A DNA stretch of 64,000 nucleotides from a virus. The stretch covers positions 31,133 through 95,132 of IMG/VR virus record IMGVR_UViG_3300042691_032331. One strand, given 5' to 3'. Position numbers and translations under genes: made by a program. The notes below the pieces were generated by a model. It saw nothing but the letters and a program-made list of their open reading frames with translations. It searched no databases and was not told the DNA's origin. This document shows positions 46,419 through 56,260 of the stretch, piece after piece (within the stretch, counting starts at the first letter, position 1; each line of letters opens with the position of its first letter).

Positions 46419-47621
46419 TTAGTATTTTGACTCACGGGTATGTTTTCTGTAATCTACATCGTTACGTGAATAATTCTCTCCCATGCCTAAGATTATATCA
46501 CAGATACGATCAATTGTCTTATCAGTGTAATCACTTATTTTACCCATATTATTGTGTTGATGTTTTAATAACGGGATTAATTTAGTAAGTGCATCGTTCA
46601 ATGACCAAGGTACGTATAAGCGTTCATTATCATTAGCAAAAGATTCAGGGAAGCTGCGATAAGCAGGGTATAATACATTACACCCAAGAGTATCGGCTTC
46701 GGAAACTGTATTGCTAACCCAATCTTGTAAAGCACAGTTAAACAATACACGGCTATCGTTGAGTAAATTATAGTAATCATTTTTCTCTAGATCCTCGTAT
46801 ATAACAAGTTTACCTTCATTAACTAGTCGTTGTGTTCTTTCTAGGTAACTACTATTATTTGATTTTAATTTTCCACCACTCAATATACAGAACTCAACAT
46901 CATTATGATTATAGCCTTCCCAATAAGCCATCTTACTTAATCTATGAAATTCTTCAATCAAATCCATATAGAAGTCAGGTTGCTTTTCTTGGTCCCAACG
47001 TGCTGCAAATGCTACACGTAATTTTCTTTCACTGAATGGCTTTAGAGGACCTTCTATTCGTTCTCGTACTTCATCTTTACCATATGCTAAACCACTTATA
47101 TTGTAGATTGGTGCAGTCCAGCCTGCAATCTTCATATGCATTACCATTTCTTCACTGCTTGCAAGTATACCGTCTACCCACGTGTCAACCATTTTTTCAT
47201 AATGACCCATCCACTTTGCCATATTCCATACATGAACGAAATCATCGGGGTCAATACTTTGTGCAAGACAGCGAACAAAAACACGGGGACGCATATGATT
47301 AGGGATTTGATCCATAATATAAGGTAAGCTCTCGATACCTGGTTGAAACATGTCCTCAAAGTATATAACATCTGCATGATTAATTTCTCCTGCCTTCATT
47401 TTACGAACGATATTCATCATTTGACTCATGCCAAAATAACTACGACCATGTGCATCAAGCACTTGACCAGTTACAATAGCTTTATCATTGCTTAGTGTTT
47501 CACCAGGTACTACTTCATAGTCTATACCTCTGCGTTTAAATACACGTTCATTCCATTCTTGTAATTGCAATGTATAACGTGCTTTGTAGGGTTCGAGACC
47601 CATGTAATATAATTTACGCAT
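46419..47621 (-). CDS. GT-B glycosyltransferase
   Basis: FAARWDQEKQP, LFNCALQDWVSNTVSEA and YPAYRSFPE motifs. Confidence 0.8.
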   Translation of the reverse strand: MRKLYYMGLEPYKARYTLQLQEWNERVFKRRGIDYEVVPGETLSNDKAIVTGQVLDAHGRSYFGMSQMMNIVRKMKAGEINHADVIYFEDMFQPGIESLPYIMDQIPNHMRPRVFVRCLAQSIDPDDFVHVWNMAKWMGHYEKMVDTWVDGILASSEEMVMHMKIAGWTAPIYNISGLAYGKDEVRERIEGPLKPFSERKLRVAFAARWDQEKQPDFYMDLIEEFHRLSKMAYWEGYNHNDVEFCILSGGKLKSNNSSYLERTQRLVNEGKLVIYEDLEKNDYYNLLNDSRVLFNCALQDWVSNTVSEADTLGCNVLYPAYRSFPESFANDNERLYVPWSLNDALTKLIPLLKHQHNNMGKISDYTDKTIDRICDIILGMGENYSRNDVDYRKHTRESKY

Positions 47622-48114
47622 CTTCTTCCTTAAAGTCTATAACATTACCTTCATCATCTGCACAGATAATTTTAACTTTATTGCCATTCTCATCTTCAAT
47701 AAGAATAGGACCCCATACCCATGCTTCAGTGTCAGTTTGATCCCATCCTTCTTCTCCCTCTAATACTTCATAAACACTAGAATCACCAAATCTTTCTAGT
47801 AATTCTTCTTGTTCATCTTCATCCATATCTTCTGGAAAGTCGAAATCCTCCCAACATCCATCACTCATAACGTCAAGTTCAACATTGACGATGTTGTTAA
47901 CACAACAATCATACATGTTAATACTATCACATTTATCATCGCCATTTGGAACATAAGTAAATTCAAACTGCGGAGGATTATCGTCATCAGTCTCTACAAA
48001 GAAACTACTCCAACGAAATCCTGTTTTACGAACGATTGAATTACCATCTTTATAGTAATATTCATGTTCTTCACAAGATTTTTTATAATACGTTGAAACT
48101 TTCCAGTTAGCCAT
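47614..48114 (-). CDS. Acidic hypothetical protein
   Basis: D/E-rich; coupled to the glycosyltransferase gene. Confidence 0.55.
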   Translation of the reverse strand: MANWKVSTYYKKSCEEHEYYYKDGNSIVRKTGFRWSSFFVETDDDNPPQFEFTYVPNGDDKCDSINMYDCCVNNIVNVELDVMSDGCWEDFDFPEDMDEDEQEELLERFGDSSVYEVLEGEEGWDQTDTEAWVWGPILIEDENGNKVKIICADDEGNVIDFKEEDA

Positions 48115-48239
48115 TTTACTTTATTTCCTTTCCCCATATTTTAGGAAGAATAACTGCTAGAAATTTTCCATAGGCTGCAAACATACCAAAGAAAATAACT
48201 GCCTCTAGAAGTCCCAATAAAAGATCATTATAATTCATA

Positions 48240-48446
48240 TTAGATTTTTGTATCTTCAAGCCACTGATCTTTAGGCTGTTTGCCTGCAAGTTGCTTTGTA
48301 TGTTGACGATATGAAAAACTACGCATATCGTATAATTGTGCTTCATCAAACTTATAACCATAGTCAACACAGAATTCTCTGTATTTTTCTAGGTCTTCGA
48401 AAATTTGACGAACTTTAGGATTAGGTTGAATTACTGGTTTGCCCAT
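48240..48446 (-). CDS. Conserved phage hypothetical protein
   Basis: IFEDLEKYREFCVDYGYKFDEAQLY; AAGGA SD. Confidence 0.6.
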   Translation of the reverse strand: MGKPVIQPNPKVRQIFEDLEKYREFCVDYGYKFDEAQLYDMRSFSYRQHTKQLAGKQPKDQWLEDTKI

Positions 48447-48459
48447 TTGTGTATTTCCT

Positions 48460-48888
48460 TTAAATTGAAAGTTGTTGATAAGGTTTTGTTAAATTATACT
48501 GAATTTTGCATCCGTTTTCATTATCTTCGGATACCTCAATTACTACATTACGATTAGGATACTTATTTGCAATTTGGATGTATAAATCATCTGCAATCAT
48601 TTCGCATGATTTATGATTTAATTCTAAAATCGCATTATCGTACAACCCTTGTAGCCATCTTTTGAATTGGATGAATTCAATGTCCCTGTCATTATGGAAC
48701 ACATCAATGTACACCCTGAAGTGGAAGATATGACGATGAGGGAAAGACAGAAAACTAACATCTTGTAGTTTAGGATCTTCCCCAGCTGCTGGATATCTGT
48801 GTATGCCTTCTTTTTGAAACGTAACATAAATTTGCCTCATAGCAGATTCTTTAATGCGTTCTACTTTGTCTCTTTCTTCATTTATCAT
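48460..48888 (-). CDS. Second T-fold (QueD-paralog) protein, candidate DpdL-like CDG decarboxylase
   Basis: LSFPHRHIF (LxxxHRHxF), HNDRDIEF, SCEMIA and EVSEDNENG; lies near the dpdA-like gene. Confidence 0.6.
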   Translation of the reverse strand: MINEERDKVERIKESAMRQIYVTFQKEGIHRYPAAGEDPKLQDVSFLSFPHRHIFHFRVYIDVFHNDRDIEFIQFKRWLQGLYDNAILELNHKSCEMIADDLYIQIANKYPNRNVVIEVSEDNENGCKIQYNLTKPYQQLSI

Positions 48889-48889
48889 A

Positions 48890-49096
48890 TTATTCACCAA
48901 AGTCTACTCGTTCGTGATCATGTTCCCATTGTAACTTATTTAGGCGACTTATTTCGTCTTTATATTTTAATTTTTGCTTTTTCATTTCAGCAATTTTATC
49001 CGCATCAAAATTAGGATTTTTTTCTGCTTCTATAATTTGTTTGTCCAATTGCCTATGTGTTTCTGTAAGACTGGCAATTCTATTTCTATAAGGCAT
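48890..49096 (-). CDS. DUF465/YdcH-like coiled-coil protein
   Basis: HRQLDKQI...MKKQKLKYKDEI. Confidence 0.7.
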   Translation of the reverse strand: MPYRNRIASLTETHRQLDKQIIEAEKNPNFDADKIAEMKKQKLKYKDEISRLNKLQWEHDHERVDFGE

Positions 49097-49105
49097 ATAT
49101 TCTCC

Positions 49106-50572
49106 TTAAACAATTGAAAAAAGTTCATTGAATGATGTTCTTGCATTCACGGTTTTCTTACCACTAAATCCCTGACTACCTGATTGCATTTGCATCCATA
49201 ATCTACTATAACTATCAATTACATCATGACTAGCACTCCTTGACTTTTGAGAAAAAACTTCGTTGATAACATCTTTAAATTTAATACCTGTATTATTTTG
49301 TTTAATCATAGCAGGAATAACACCTTGTGCATATTTACGGTTAGCCTCTTGCACAGCACTTATATGCTGATAAACATTATGTGCTTGTAACAAAGTATAA
49401 CTTAATGTATCCCAACTTGTTTTTGTTTCTTTACCATGTTGACCAATAAAGCCAACACCCCTGTAGCATAAATCTTTAATCAACAGTTTATCAGTAATAG
49501 GACTATTTGTAAAGTCTTTATGGATATCATCACCCAAAACAACATCTATGAATTTTCTATTATCCGTTGCATATTTTTTATCTTCAGCCGTTTTCTCCAT
49601 ACTATATGACCATTTCTTTTCATGCTCAATATTATTTTTGAAATAAGCCAAACCTTTTGCAGCACTAAAAAATGGGCTTGCACAATCAAATGTAATTATT
49701 AATTTTGGGTTATGATATTTTCTAATAGCTTGTTGTATATCTGTAAACAATACTGCATATTCTAAAATGCTTACACCTAAACAGTGTATAAGGTCATGTT
49801 TACCTTCTTGCAATAAACCATCATAGATTATATCAACCATACGCCTTAAGGTAAGATGTATATCTACTTTGTTTTGTCCCCCAAATGCCCAACCATTAAA
49901 ATGATTATCAGGGTATATTGCAGGATCACAATATTTTTTCATTTCCTGATACCAATCATCGCTTTCTTTATGTGTGGTACCTTGTAATACGTTTAAGAAC
50001 TTACAATTACCATTGCGATTAGTTATAAAATATTCATTATTAATATGTGTGGCTTTGATTGCATCGTTGATGTTATGTATACCATGTAAAGGTATTGCTT
50101 TAGTGTTTAGGAAACTTTGACTAGGAATATCTAAACACATACCATAATCCATGTATGTATCCATCCATGTCAATACTGCTTTACGTTTCTCCATTGCTTT
50201 AGGGCAATTAGGATTCTTCCAATCAGCAGGCCACTGACCTTTAAGAATCTGAAATCCACCGCTATCACCCAACATGAAAGTATTATTTCTGTCACGCTTG
50301 CGTATAATACTTTCACCATGATCATCTTTGGTAGTGTCTAAGTTAGCATGACCTGCACTATACAAACCCCATTTGTAAGTGTACAATCCTTTTTGATCAT
50401 TAAGAAAGTTTAGTGCCTCAAGATCAGGTATACCTTGAGGTATTCTATCGTCAGGAAAATATTTTTCTCCCTCACGTTGTCTACCTAATCCACTGATAAA
50501 GAAACTGCTTACAGCAGGCAAAAATAATGCCCAATTAGGATCTTGTTGTTGTGATAAATTAGTTTGTTCCAT
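49106..50572 (-). CDS. dpdA: DpdA-like 7-deazaguanine DNA transglycosylase (TGT paralog)
   Basis: GDSGGFQ, CLDIP, VLQG, WAFGG, HCLG and TFDCAS TGT-fold motifs, clustered with folE/queD/queE. Confidence 0.75.
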   Translation of the reverse strand: MEQTNLSQQQDPNWALFLPAVSSFFISGLGRQREGEKYFPDDRIPQGIPDLEALNFLNDQKGLYTYKWGLYSAGHANLDTTKDDHGESIIRKRDRNNTFMLGDSGGFQILKGQWPADWKNPNCPKAMEKRKAVLTWMDTYMDYGMCLDIPSQSFLNTKAIPLHGIHNINDAIKATHINNEYFITNRNGNCKFLNVLQGTTHKESDDWYQEMKKYCDPAIYPDNHFNGWAFGGQNKVDIHLTLRRMVDIIYDGLLQEGKHDLIHCLGVSILEYAVLFTDIQQAIRKYHNPKLIITFDCASPFFSAAKGLAYFKNNIEHEKKWSYSMEKTAEDKKYATDNRKFIDVVLGDDIHKDFTNSPITDKLLIKDLCYRGVGFIGQHGKETKTSWDTLSYTLLQAHNVYQHISAVQEANRKYAQGVIPAMIKQNNTGIKFKDVINEVFSQKSRSASHDVIDSYSRLWMQMQSGSQGFSGKKTVNARTSFNELFSIV

Positions 50573-50961
50573 TAAGGTATTTGCATTGATTGTACTGATG
50601 CTTTTGTATATGCCTGTTCTTCTGGTTTTTCTTCTGATTTAATAAGAGTTTTAACCATTTCAATTTGATTTTTCTTTTCGTTGATTTGATTAACTAAATC
50701 ATTTATAGCTGGATGAGTTTTAGCCAATCCTTCTAGTTCTTTTTCTTCCTGCATTTTTCTTTGCGCCCATTCAAAAGCTTCAAGCATTACAGGATTAGTA
50801 GTTAGTGTTATATTATTGTCAAGTGGTATCCATCCTGTGCCAGTGCTAACTTCTAGTCGTTTCATGCTACCATTCCATTGAATAGCACCTGTGTTACTAG
50901 GTTGTGAGTAAGTATTGACTTGATACACTAATGGCATATTGGTTGATGTAATATTAATCAT
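50572..50961 (-). CDS. Hypothetical protein with C-terminal coiled coil
   Basis: Coupled ORF. Confidence 0.55.
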   Translation of the reverse strand: MINITSTNMPLVYQVNTYSQPSNTGAIQWNGSMKRLEVSTGTGWIPLDNNITLTTNPVMLEAFEWAQRKMQEEKELEGLAKTHPAINDLVNQINEKKNQIEMVKTLIKSEEKPEEQAYTKASVQSMQIP

Positions 50962-51689
50962 TTTTGTTGTGCCGGAAAAAGATATGAATAAACAGCAAGA
51001 CCACTATCGATACTAATTTCCATAGCACCTTTGTCTAAAATACGCATAGTTTTATCTCCTGCTAAACTTAAAATGCTTACAACCTCTTGTACAGGCCAAC
51101 TTAGTGCCTTACCTAATGTGCCGTTAACATTTGCTTCAAAAACAAAATTACCGCTATGTGTACTAACGTCACCAAAGAAGATTTTTAAGTCACCATTCTC
51201 TACTTTAGTCATAAAATGTTTTTCATCACTATTAGCTTGGCTCTGTTTTTTAAGTCGTAGAATACTGTTTACACTAGGAGTGAACTCAACATTCCATGAT
51301 GTACCATGATACTTAACTACTTTGACTTTTTCTTCAACAATGCCCTTAGCCATTAATCTATAATCATTTACGAAATCACCTGCTTTAGTTTCAAAGTGAA
51401 TTGAATCAGGAGTATCTACTCCATCACGATTTTTTCTAGTCATTGTAATTTTAGCATCTTCATCATAATCATCAAAACTTAAAATTGTTTTTAGTTTTGA
51501 GAGATTAGGCATACCAAAAGTACCAATCAATTCTGGTTGTGGTGTTTTAAGTACACCGTTGAATATAACATTTTTGTCATCAGACAATGCCGAAACTTGT
51601 GTTTCTGTGTCTGTGCCAATTACTTTAATTAAATCTATAAATCCTAAGTTGGATGTATGATTTATCAAATCTTGTAAAATATCTTTCAT
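50958..51689 (-). CDS. Putative DNA polymerase sliding clamp (gp45/PCNA-like)
   Basis: 243-aa size, alpha/beta pattern and position next to the polymerase. Confidence 0.6.
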   Translation of the reverse strand: MKDILQDLINHTSNLGFIDLIKVIGTDTETQVSALSDDKNVIFNGVLKTPQPELIGTFGMPNLSKLKTILSFDDYDEDAKITMTRKNRDGVDTPDSIHFETKAGDFVNDYRLMAKGIVEEKVKVVKYHGTSWNVEFTPSVNSILRLKKQSQANSDEKHFMTKVENGDLKIFFGDVSTHSGNFVFEANVNGTLGKALSWPVQEVVSILSLAGDKTMRILDKGAMEISIDSGLAVYSYLFPAQQK

Positions 51690-51763
51690 TTATTGTCCTT
51701 TAAATTATTTAGGAAAGTCTGTTGTGTATAATAATGGATTTTATTGCAAAAGTCAAAACTAAT

Positions 51764-54469
51764 TTAACCATAACTGAATAATAAGTCAAAAGTTGTTTTT
51801 GTGTTAGTGCTATCACGTAAGTCCCAATTCAAAACGTCAAGTAAGTTGTCTATTTTTTCATCTACTAATGTTTGTTCCATAGCGTCATCATCAAATGGCA
51901 AATCACGAAACCATTGTGGTAAACGTAATTCATCAGTAGGGTAAGCAATACTTGTAAAGCCTAATGGATTGTTGCGTAGTTTACACACAACAATTTTCAT
52001 GCCATCTACAATTTTTTGACTATAGTTATCTCCGTGTACTTTTCGTAGATAGTTCCAATTTAATGCAGCACGTACATGTCCGGGCATATTAGCTTTACCT
52101 GTACTGCTGTTTGCTTCTTTTTCACCATACATTGTCAAATTGTTTACACTCTTTGGACTACCCTTTGTCCAACTATCTTGCGCTGATAATGTAAACTTAA
52201 ACTGACGAATTACTTCTACCACTTCGTCACGTTGTTTACCTCCAAGAACCATTTCAAGAACACCCATTAAAAAGTCTTGTACTTGTTTCGGAGTATCAGC
52301 ACGTTTCAAATCAAGACCCATTGCCTTAATTTTACCCATTGAGTCTTTATCTAAACGTTTACCTTCTTTGTCATAGATATTAATTGCATAGCGTTTCTTT
52401 GTGATAAAGATGCTACGATCACCGATTAGTTCTCTTCCTGCTTTAATAATTGCACCATTTTTTCTAGGTGCATGAAATGCAGTTTCCATAAATGCAGGAA
52501 AACTTACATTGACTTGTTCAGCAATATTATCATAAAGTTGAATACATATGTCTTTATCCCACTGAACTTCACCTTTTTCTATGTCACTTTTGAGTAATGG
52601 ATAAGCACTGAAGTAACAACTATCAGTATCTCCATAAACGATTGCTTCACCTTCGTGATTATATTCACCTGCAATGCATTCGTTAATTTTACTCATCATA
52701 TGTCTAGTGATTTGGCGACCACACAGTGTTACACTTTGACCAATTCGTTTATCATAGAAACGACAATGTTCATTTAGTAGTGCGCCATATGCAGAGTTGA
52801 GTAGAATCTTTCGGACTAACTGACGTTTATCCCAATACTCTTTATCATAGTCGGTTGTTGATTCTTTTAGTTTCTTCTGCATTTCTTTACGATCACTATA
52901 CCAGCGTGAGAGTAGACCTGGGATCACGCCTTCTTGCTCAAATGTAAATATAGTACCATTAGCACTAAGCATATATGGCTTGTGACTATCAAAGATAAGT
53001 TTCCATACTTCTGCTGCACTCATTTCAACACTACGTCCATCTTCGTAATCAATGGTTAGCATAGTGCCACGTTCTTGATTCATAATAGCAGTATACTCTA
53101 ATGAACCAAATAAGTTTTCCCACAGTATTGCACCAGTTACGGCTTCGTCTTCATTTTTCCTACGTTTCTTTTCACTGGCAAGTCTTAATCCTTTTTCTCG
53201 CATAAATTGGTCAGTAAGAGTTTGCCTGACTTGTCCAACGATTGTTTCTGGAGCCATGTTAAGGGCACGAATAACGCTGGGATAGAGCGAGTTGATATCG
53301 ACTGCTCCGACGTATTCATGCATTCCCCTTTTCGGCGTAGCAACATAGGCACCTGCTGCTTGTTGTTCATCAGTATTATCCTTTCGTGATTTATCGGGTA
53401 CTACAACACCTCTTTCATGTGCTTCATTAAAAACTGCTTGTTCAATCATTGCAACTGAACCCATTACTGTTGGCAACAGCACAGTATTTTCATGTGCTAG
53501 TGCATTTGCCAAATCTAAGAATTTCAATTTGTTGTGTATCTTGACCAACAACATTGTATCTTGACGATTATATTCTAAAAACTTTTCCCAGTCTTTATTG
53601 TATAATTGATCAAGTGTGCCTTCATATTGTGTTTTGTTTTCACCAACTTCCATCTCACCGATGAAGTCAAGTTTATAACTATGGCGACTTTCATAATTGT
53701 ATTTCTTATACAATTGCAAATAGTCCATGTGAATTCGACCGATTAGATCATATGTAGTTTCTTCTTTACCAAATCTTTCATATGTGCGAGGTTTAGGAAG
53801 TTGACCAAGTAAACAAAACTTTCTTGTATCGTCTTTACTCATTACACGTGTTACACGATTTACCATATATGGTATATCATATCCTTCTGAGTTCCAACCA
53901 GTCAATACATCTGCATCACTAATAAGTTGGAAGAATGTGTCAAACATATCTTTTTCAGACTTAAACAACAATGTGTTATCAAACTTTGCAGTTATCTCTG
54001 TTGCTGTTTCATCACTCATATGTTTTGGAGCAACACACAATGTGATTAATAAGTCTTGCCAATCCAAATACATTGATATAGCCGTAACTGGATTGAATGG
54101 ATCATCAGTTGGACTGAATCCTTTTTCAGGATCAAAGTCAACCTCAATATCGAAAAAACATGTATGAAGTTTAGGAGGCTCTGCACCCAAGTAGTTATCA
54201 CTAAGGCATCTAAAGACTACATTAACATCACTTTCAAATAGTTTTTTGCCTGAGTGTATTCTGCGTTCTTTTTCAAATTCACTGCGTTTGCGTGTACTAA
54301 ATCTGCTTACAGGATCACCGTAAATACTGCGATATTTGCCTTTAGGATCACTGTAATAAAAAACATAGTTTGCAGGATATTCTTTGTATGTACGCTTACC
54401 TTCTGGTGTGCGTTCTACTACAAATATTCTGTCACTGTCTCTATCTAATATTGCGTCAATATAACTCAT
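51764..54469 (-). CDS. Family B DNA polymerase
   Basis: FFDIE (ExoI), GWNSEGYD, YNRQD, DINSLYPS, KILLNSAYG, YGDTDS and KKRY motifs. Confidence 0.97.
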   Translation of the reverse strand: MSYIDAILDRDSDRIFVVERTPEGKRTYKEYPANYVFYYSDPKGKYRSIYGDPVSRFSTRKRSEFEKERRIHSGKKLFESDVNVVFRCLSDNYLGAEPPKLHTCFFDIEVDFDPEKGFSPTDDPFNPVTAISMYLDWQDLLITLCVAPKHMSDETATEITAKFDNTLLFKSEKDMFDTFFQLISDADVLTGWNSEGYDIPYMVNRVTRVMSKDDTRKFCLLGQLPKPRTYERFGKEETTYDLIGRIHMDYLQLYKKYNYESRHSYKLDFIGEMEVGENKTQYEGTLDQLYNKDWEKFLEYNRQDTMLLVKIHNKLKFLDLANALAHENTVLLPTVMGSVAMIEQAVFNEAHERGVVVPDKSRKDNTDEQQAAGAYVATPKRGMHEYVGAVDINSLYPSVIRALNMAPETIVGQVRQTLTDQFMREKGLRLASEKKRRKNEDEAVTGAILWENLFGSLEYTAIMNQERGTMLTIDYEDGRSVEMSAAEVWKLIFDSHKPYMLSANGTIFTFEQEGVIPGLLSRWYSDRKEMQKKLKESTTDYDKEYWDKRQLVRKILLNSAYGALLNEHCRFYDKRIGQSVTLCGRQITRHMMSKINECIAGEYNHEGEAIVYGDTDSCYFSAYPLLKSDIEKGEVQWDKDICIQLYDNIAEQVNVSFPAFMETAFHAPRKNGAIIKAGRELIGDRSIFITKKRYAINIYDKEGKRLDKDSMGKIKAMGLDLKRADTPKQVQDFLMGVLEMVLGGKQRDEVVEVIRQFKFTLSAQDSWTKGSPKSVNNLTMYGEKEANSSTGKANMPGHVRAALNWNYLRKVHGDNYSQKIVDGMKIVVCKLRNNPLGFTSIAYPTDELRLPQWFRDLPFDDDAMEQTLVDEKIDNLLDVLNWDLRDSTNTKTTFDLLFSYG

Positions 54470-54750
54470 AGCATTCTTACCAATCCAATCGTATCAATGG
54501 TGGTGAGCAGTAGATAGTTAGCCAACATACCAAATGATTTGCGAGTCCAAGCAGCCCAAGCATACATAGTACAACCAGCGATCCAAATAGGATATAGAGT
54601 GAGGAGTGGAGGATTGGGAACTGTAAGCGCCATTGTGATCGAGCATCCAATACTGATAGCCCAAGCAAGCAACTCGACAGCAAAACGTACACGATGAGAT
54701 GCCCAATCATTTTTTATCCATTGTAGTATACTAGATACGCAATCAATCAA
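54466..54750 (-). CDS. Small three-helix membrane protein
   Basis: Hydrophobic segments; ATGA-coupled to the polymerase gene. Confidence 0.6.
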   Translation of the reverse strand: MIDCVSSILQWIKNDWASHRVRFAVELLAWAISIGCSITMALTVPNPPLLTLYPIWIAGCTMYAWAAWTRKSFGMLANYLLLTTIDTIGLVRML

Positions 54751-55004
54751 AGTGTCTTACCTACAGTTTCTAGTATAGTATTAAGTTCTTCGTTTTCTTT
54801 GTTTGTCTCACCAAGTTTTGATTTATATGCTACACGAATGGCTTTCTTTAATACACTTGGCTTTACTTCTAGTTCTTCTGCAATAGCCTTAACTGTATCG
54901 TTTAGACCCTCACTAAGTGTTTCTACTTCGTTCATTACTGCCATACCCTCATTAATTAGTTGGGTAAGTCTTAGTTTTTGTTCTGATGAAAAGGTACGAC
55001 TCAT
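54747..55004 (-). CDS. T4 DsbA-like double-stranded DNA-binding protein
   Basis: LINEG...IAEELEVKPSVLKKAIRVAYK helical pattern; AGGAG SD. Confidence 0.6.
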   Translation of the reverse strand: MSRTFSSEQKLRLTQLINEGMAVMNEVETLSEGLNDTVKAIAEELEVKPSVLKKAIRVAYKSKLGETNKENEELNTILETVGKTL

Positions 55005-55027
55005 TATGTTCTCCTGTGAAAGTAGTT

Positions 55028-55056
55028 AGTATATATGTAATGCATTTGTTTGTCAA
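55028..55056 (-). promoter_or_regulatory. sigma70 promoter TTGACA-N17-TATACT for the dsbA-like/polymerase operon
   Basis: Hexamers and spacing read directly. Confidence 0.7.
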
Positions 55057-55141
55057 ACATTTTAAGGTATTTTTTTGCCAATATTTTCCATCAAACAAAT
55101 ATATGGAAATATGTTTTGTGAAATTAAAGTATAATGGATCG

Positions 55142-56260
55142 TTAATGGATTGCGGTAGTCCAAGGATCTAGTATTACCGGAATACCGTCAGGTCTTTGTA
55201 ATATGTTTCCACAATGAAAGTCTGGGCTATATTTTTTACTTAGACCCAAATACCAAACAAATTTAAGCGTTTCGTAAAAATATTTGAACTGACGCTCCCC
55301 TCCCAATTGTTTGATAACACTATCTAAAACATTGTCTTTATCCTCACCGAGTCTTTTCCTTAAATCAGTAAGCATAACTTCATACTTGTCATTGTAATTT
55401 AGGTATGTTCTTAATGCCCTAAGTATAAAGCAAACATCACTGTCTAATGACTCTAATTTTTCTTGTTGAATTTGTAGGTAAGTTTTACCTCTGTGTTGAA
55501 AACTTTCATATCCATAAAATTTAGGGAAGAATGGATTATTAGGATGTTTCATGCAATATCTTACCCAAGTAAAAAACATAGCGTGTTCATTACTAAATGG
55601 TTGACCCTGTAAATCTTTTCCTGTTTTACTTGCACCAAATATTTTTAATACATTACCCGTAGTTGGTTCAATATATGCATACTGGTCTATTCCAGATCCT
55701 AAATACTTATAACCTTTATTAATTAGTGAGGTGTGTATAGAACGGTGAGTTGTTGTAGCTTCACCTAATTCGTTATTTTGTGTGTCTACTGAATTCTTAG
55801 CGAGTACAAAACTTTTACCTTGAAATTTCAAATATTCTTGTAATTCATCAGGTAAATCAGAAACACTGGCATTATGATACCCTAAAGCAGGAGCAAAAGT
55901 ATTAACTAATCTTGAATATAATGATATTCTACTTTTTTCCCGTGCTGAAAATATTAAATAATTTGGTTGGTATTTTTTAATAAAGCGTAATACACCATAT
56001 ATTATTGTATTAAATATTGGTATAACATCACGCTCATTTTTTCCTCGTATATCATAATGGTCATTAACAGTGAATTCGCAAATGTAATGATTTAAATCAT
56101 ATATTGAATAGAAATCCATTACTAACTTATTACCTAGTTCAGTTTCTGTCCTTGCTCGTATTATACCACCTCGTCCTGGATCATCCCATTCCAACGGATA
56201 TCTGTTACTCATCAATGATTTAGTAGAAAAAACTTCTGTTAAAAAATCCGTTGCTCTCAT
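55142..56260 (-). CDS. Putative virion-internal protein: N-terminal domain plus Ser/Thr-kinase-like domain
   Basis: Starts MRATDFLTE; C-terminal LGSG...VLKI...DFHCGNIL...ILDP. Confidence 0.7.
   Translation of the reverse strand: MRATDFLTEVFSTKSLMSNRYPLEWDDPGRGGIIRARTETELGNKLVMDFYSIYDLNHYICEFTVNDHYDIRGKNERDVIPIFNTIIYGVLRFIKKYQPNYLIFSAREKSRISLYSRLVNTFAPALGYHNASVSDLPDELQEYLKFQGKSFVLAKNSVDTQNNELGEATTTHRSIHTSLINKGYKYLGSGIDQYAYIEPTTGNVLKIFGASKTGKDLQGQPFSNEHAMFFTWVRYCMKHPNNPFFPKFYGYESFQHRGKTYLQIQQEKLESLDSDVCFILRALRTYLNYNDKYEVMLTDLRKRLGEDKDNVLDSVIKQLGGERQFKYFYETLKFVWYLGLSKKYSPDFHCGNILQRPDGIPVILDPWTTAIH

Noticed and set aside
49106-50572. Calling the TGT-fold gene a tRNA-guanine transglycosylase (tgt) for queuosine
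   Set aside because: It lacks the bacterial Tgt CxCxxC zinc motif, and there is no queA/queF/queC in the window; the replication-gene context favours DNA-acting DpdA.
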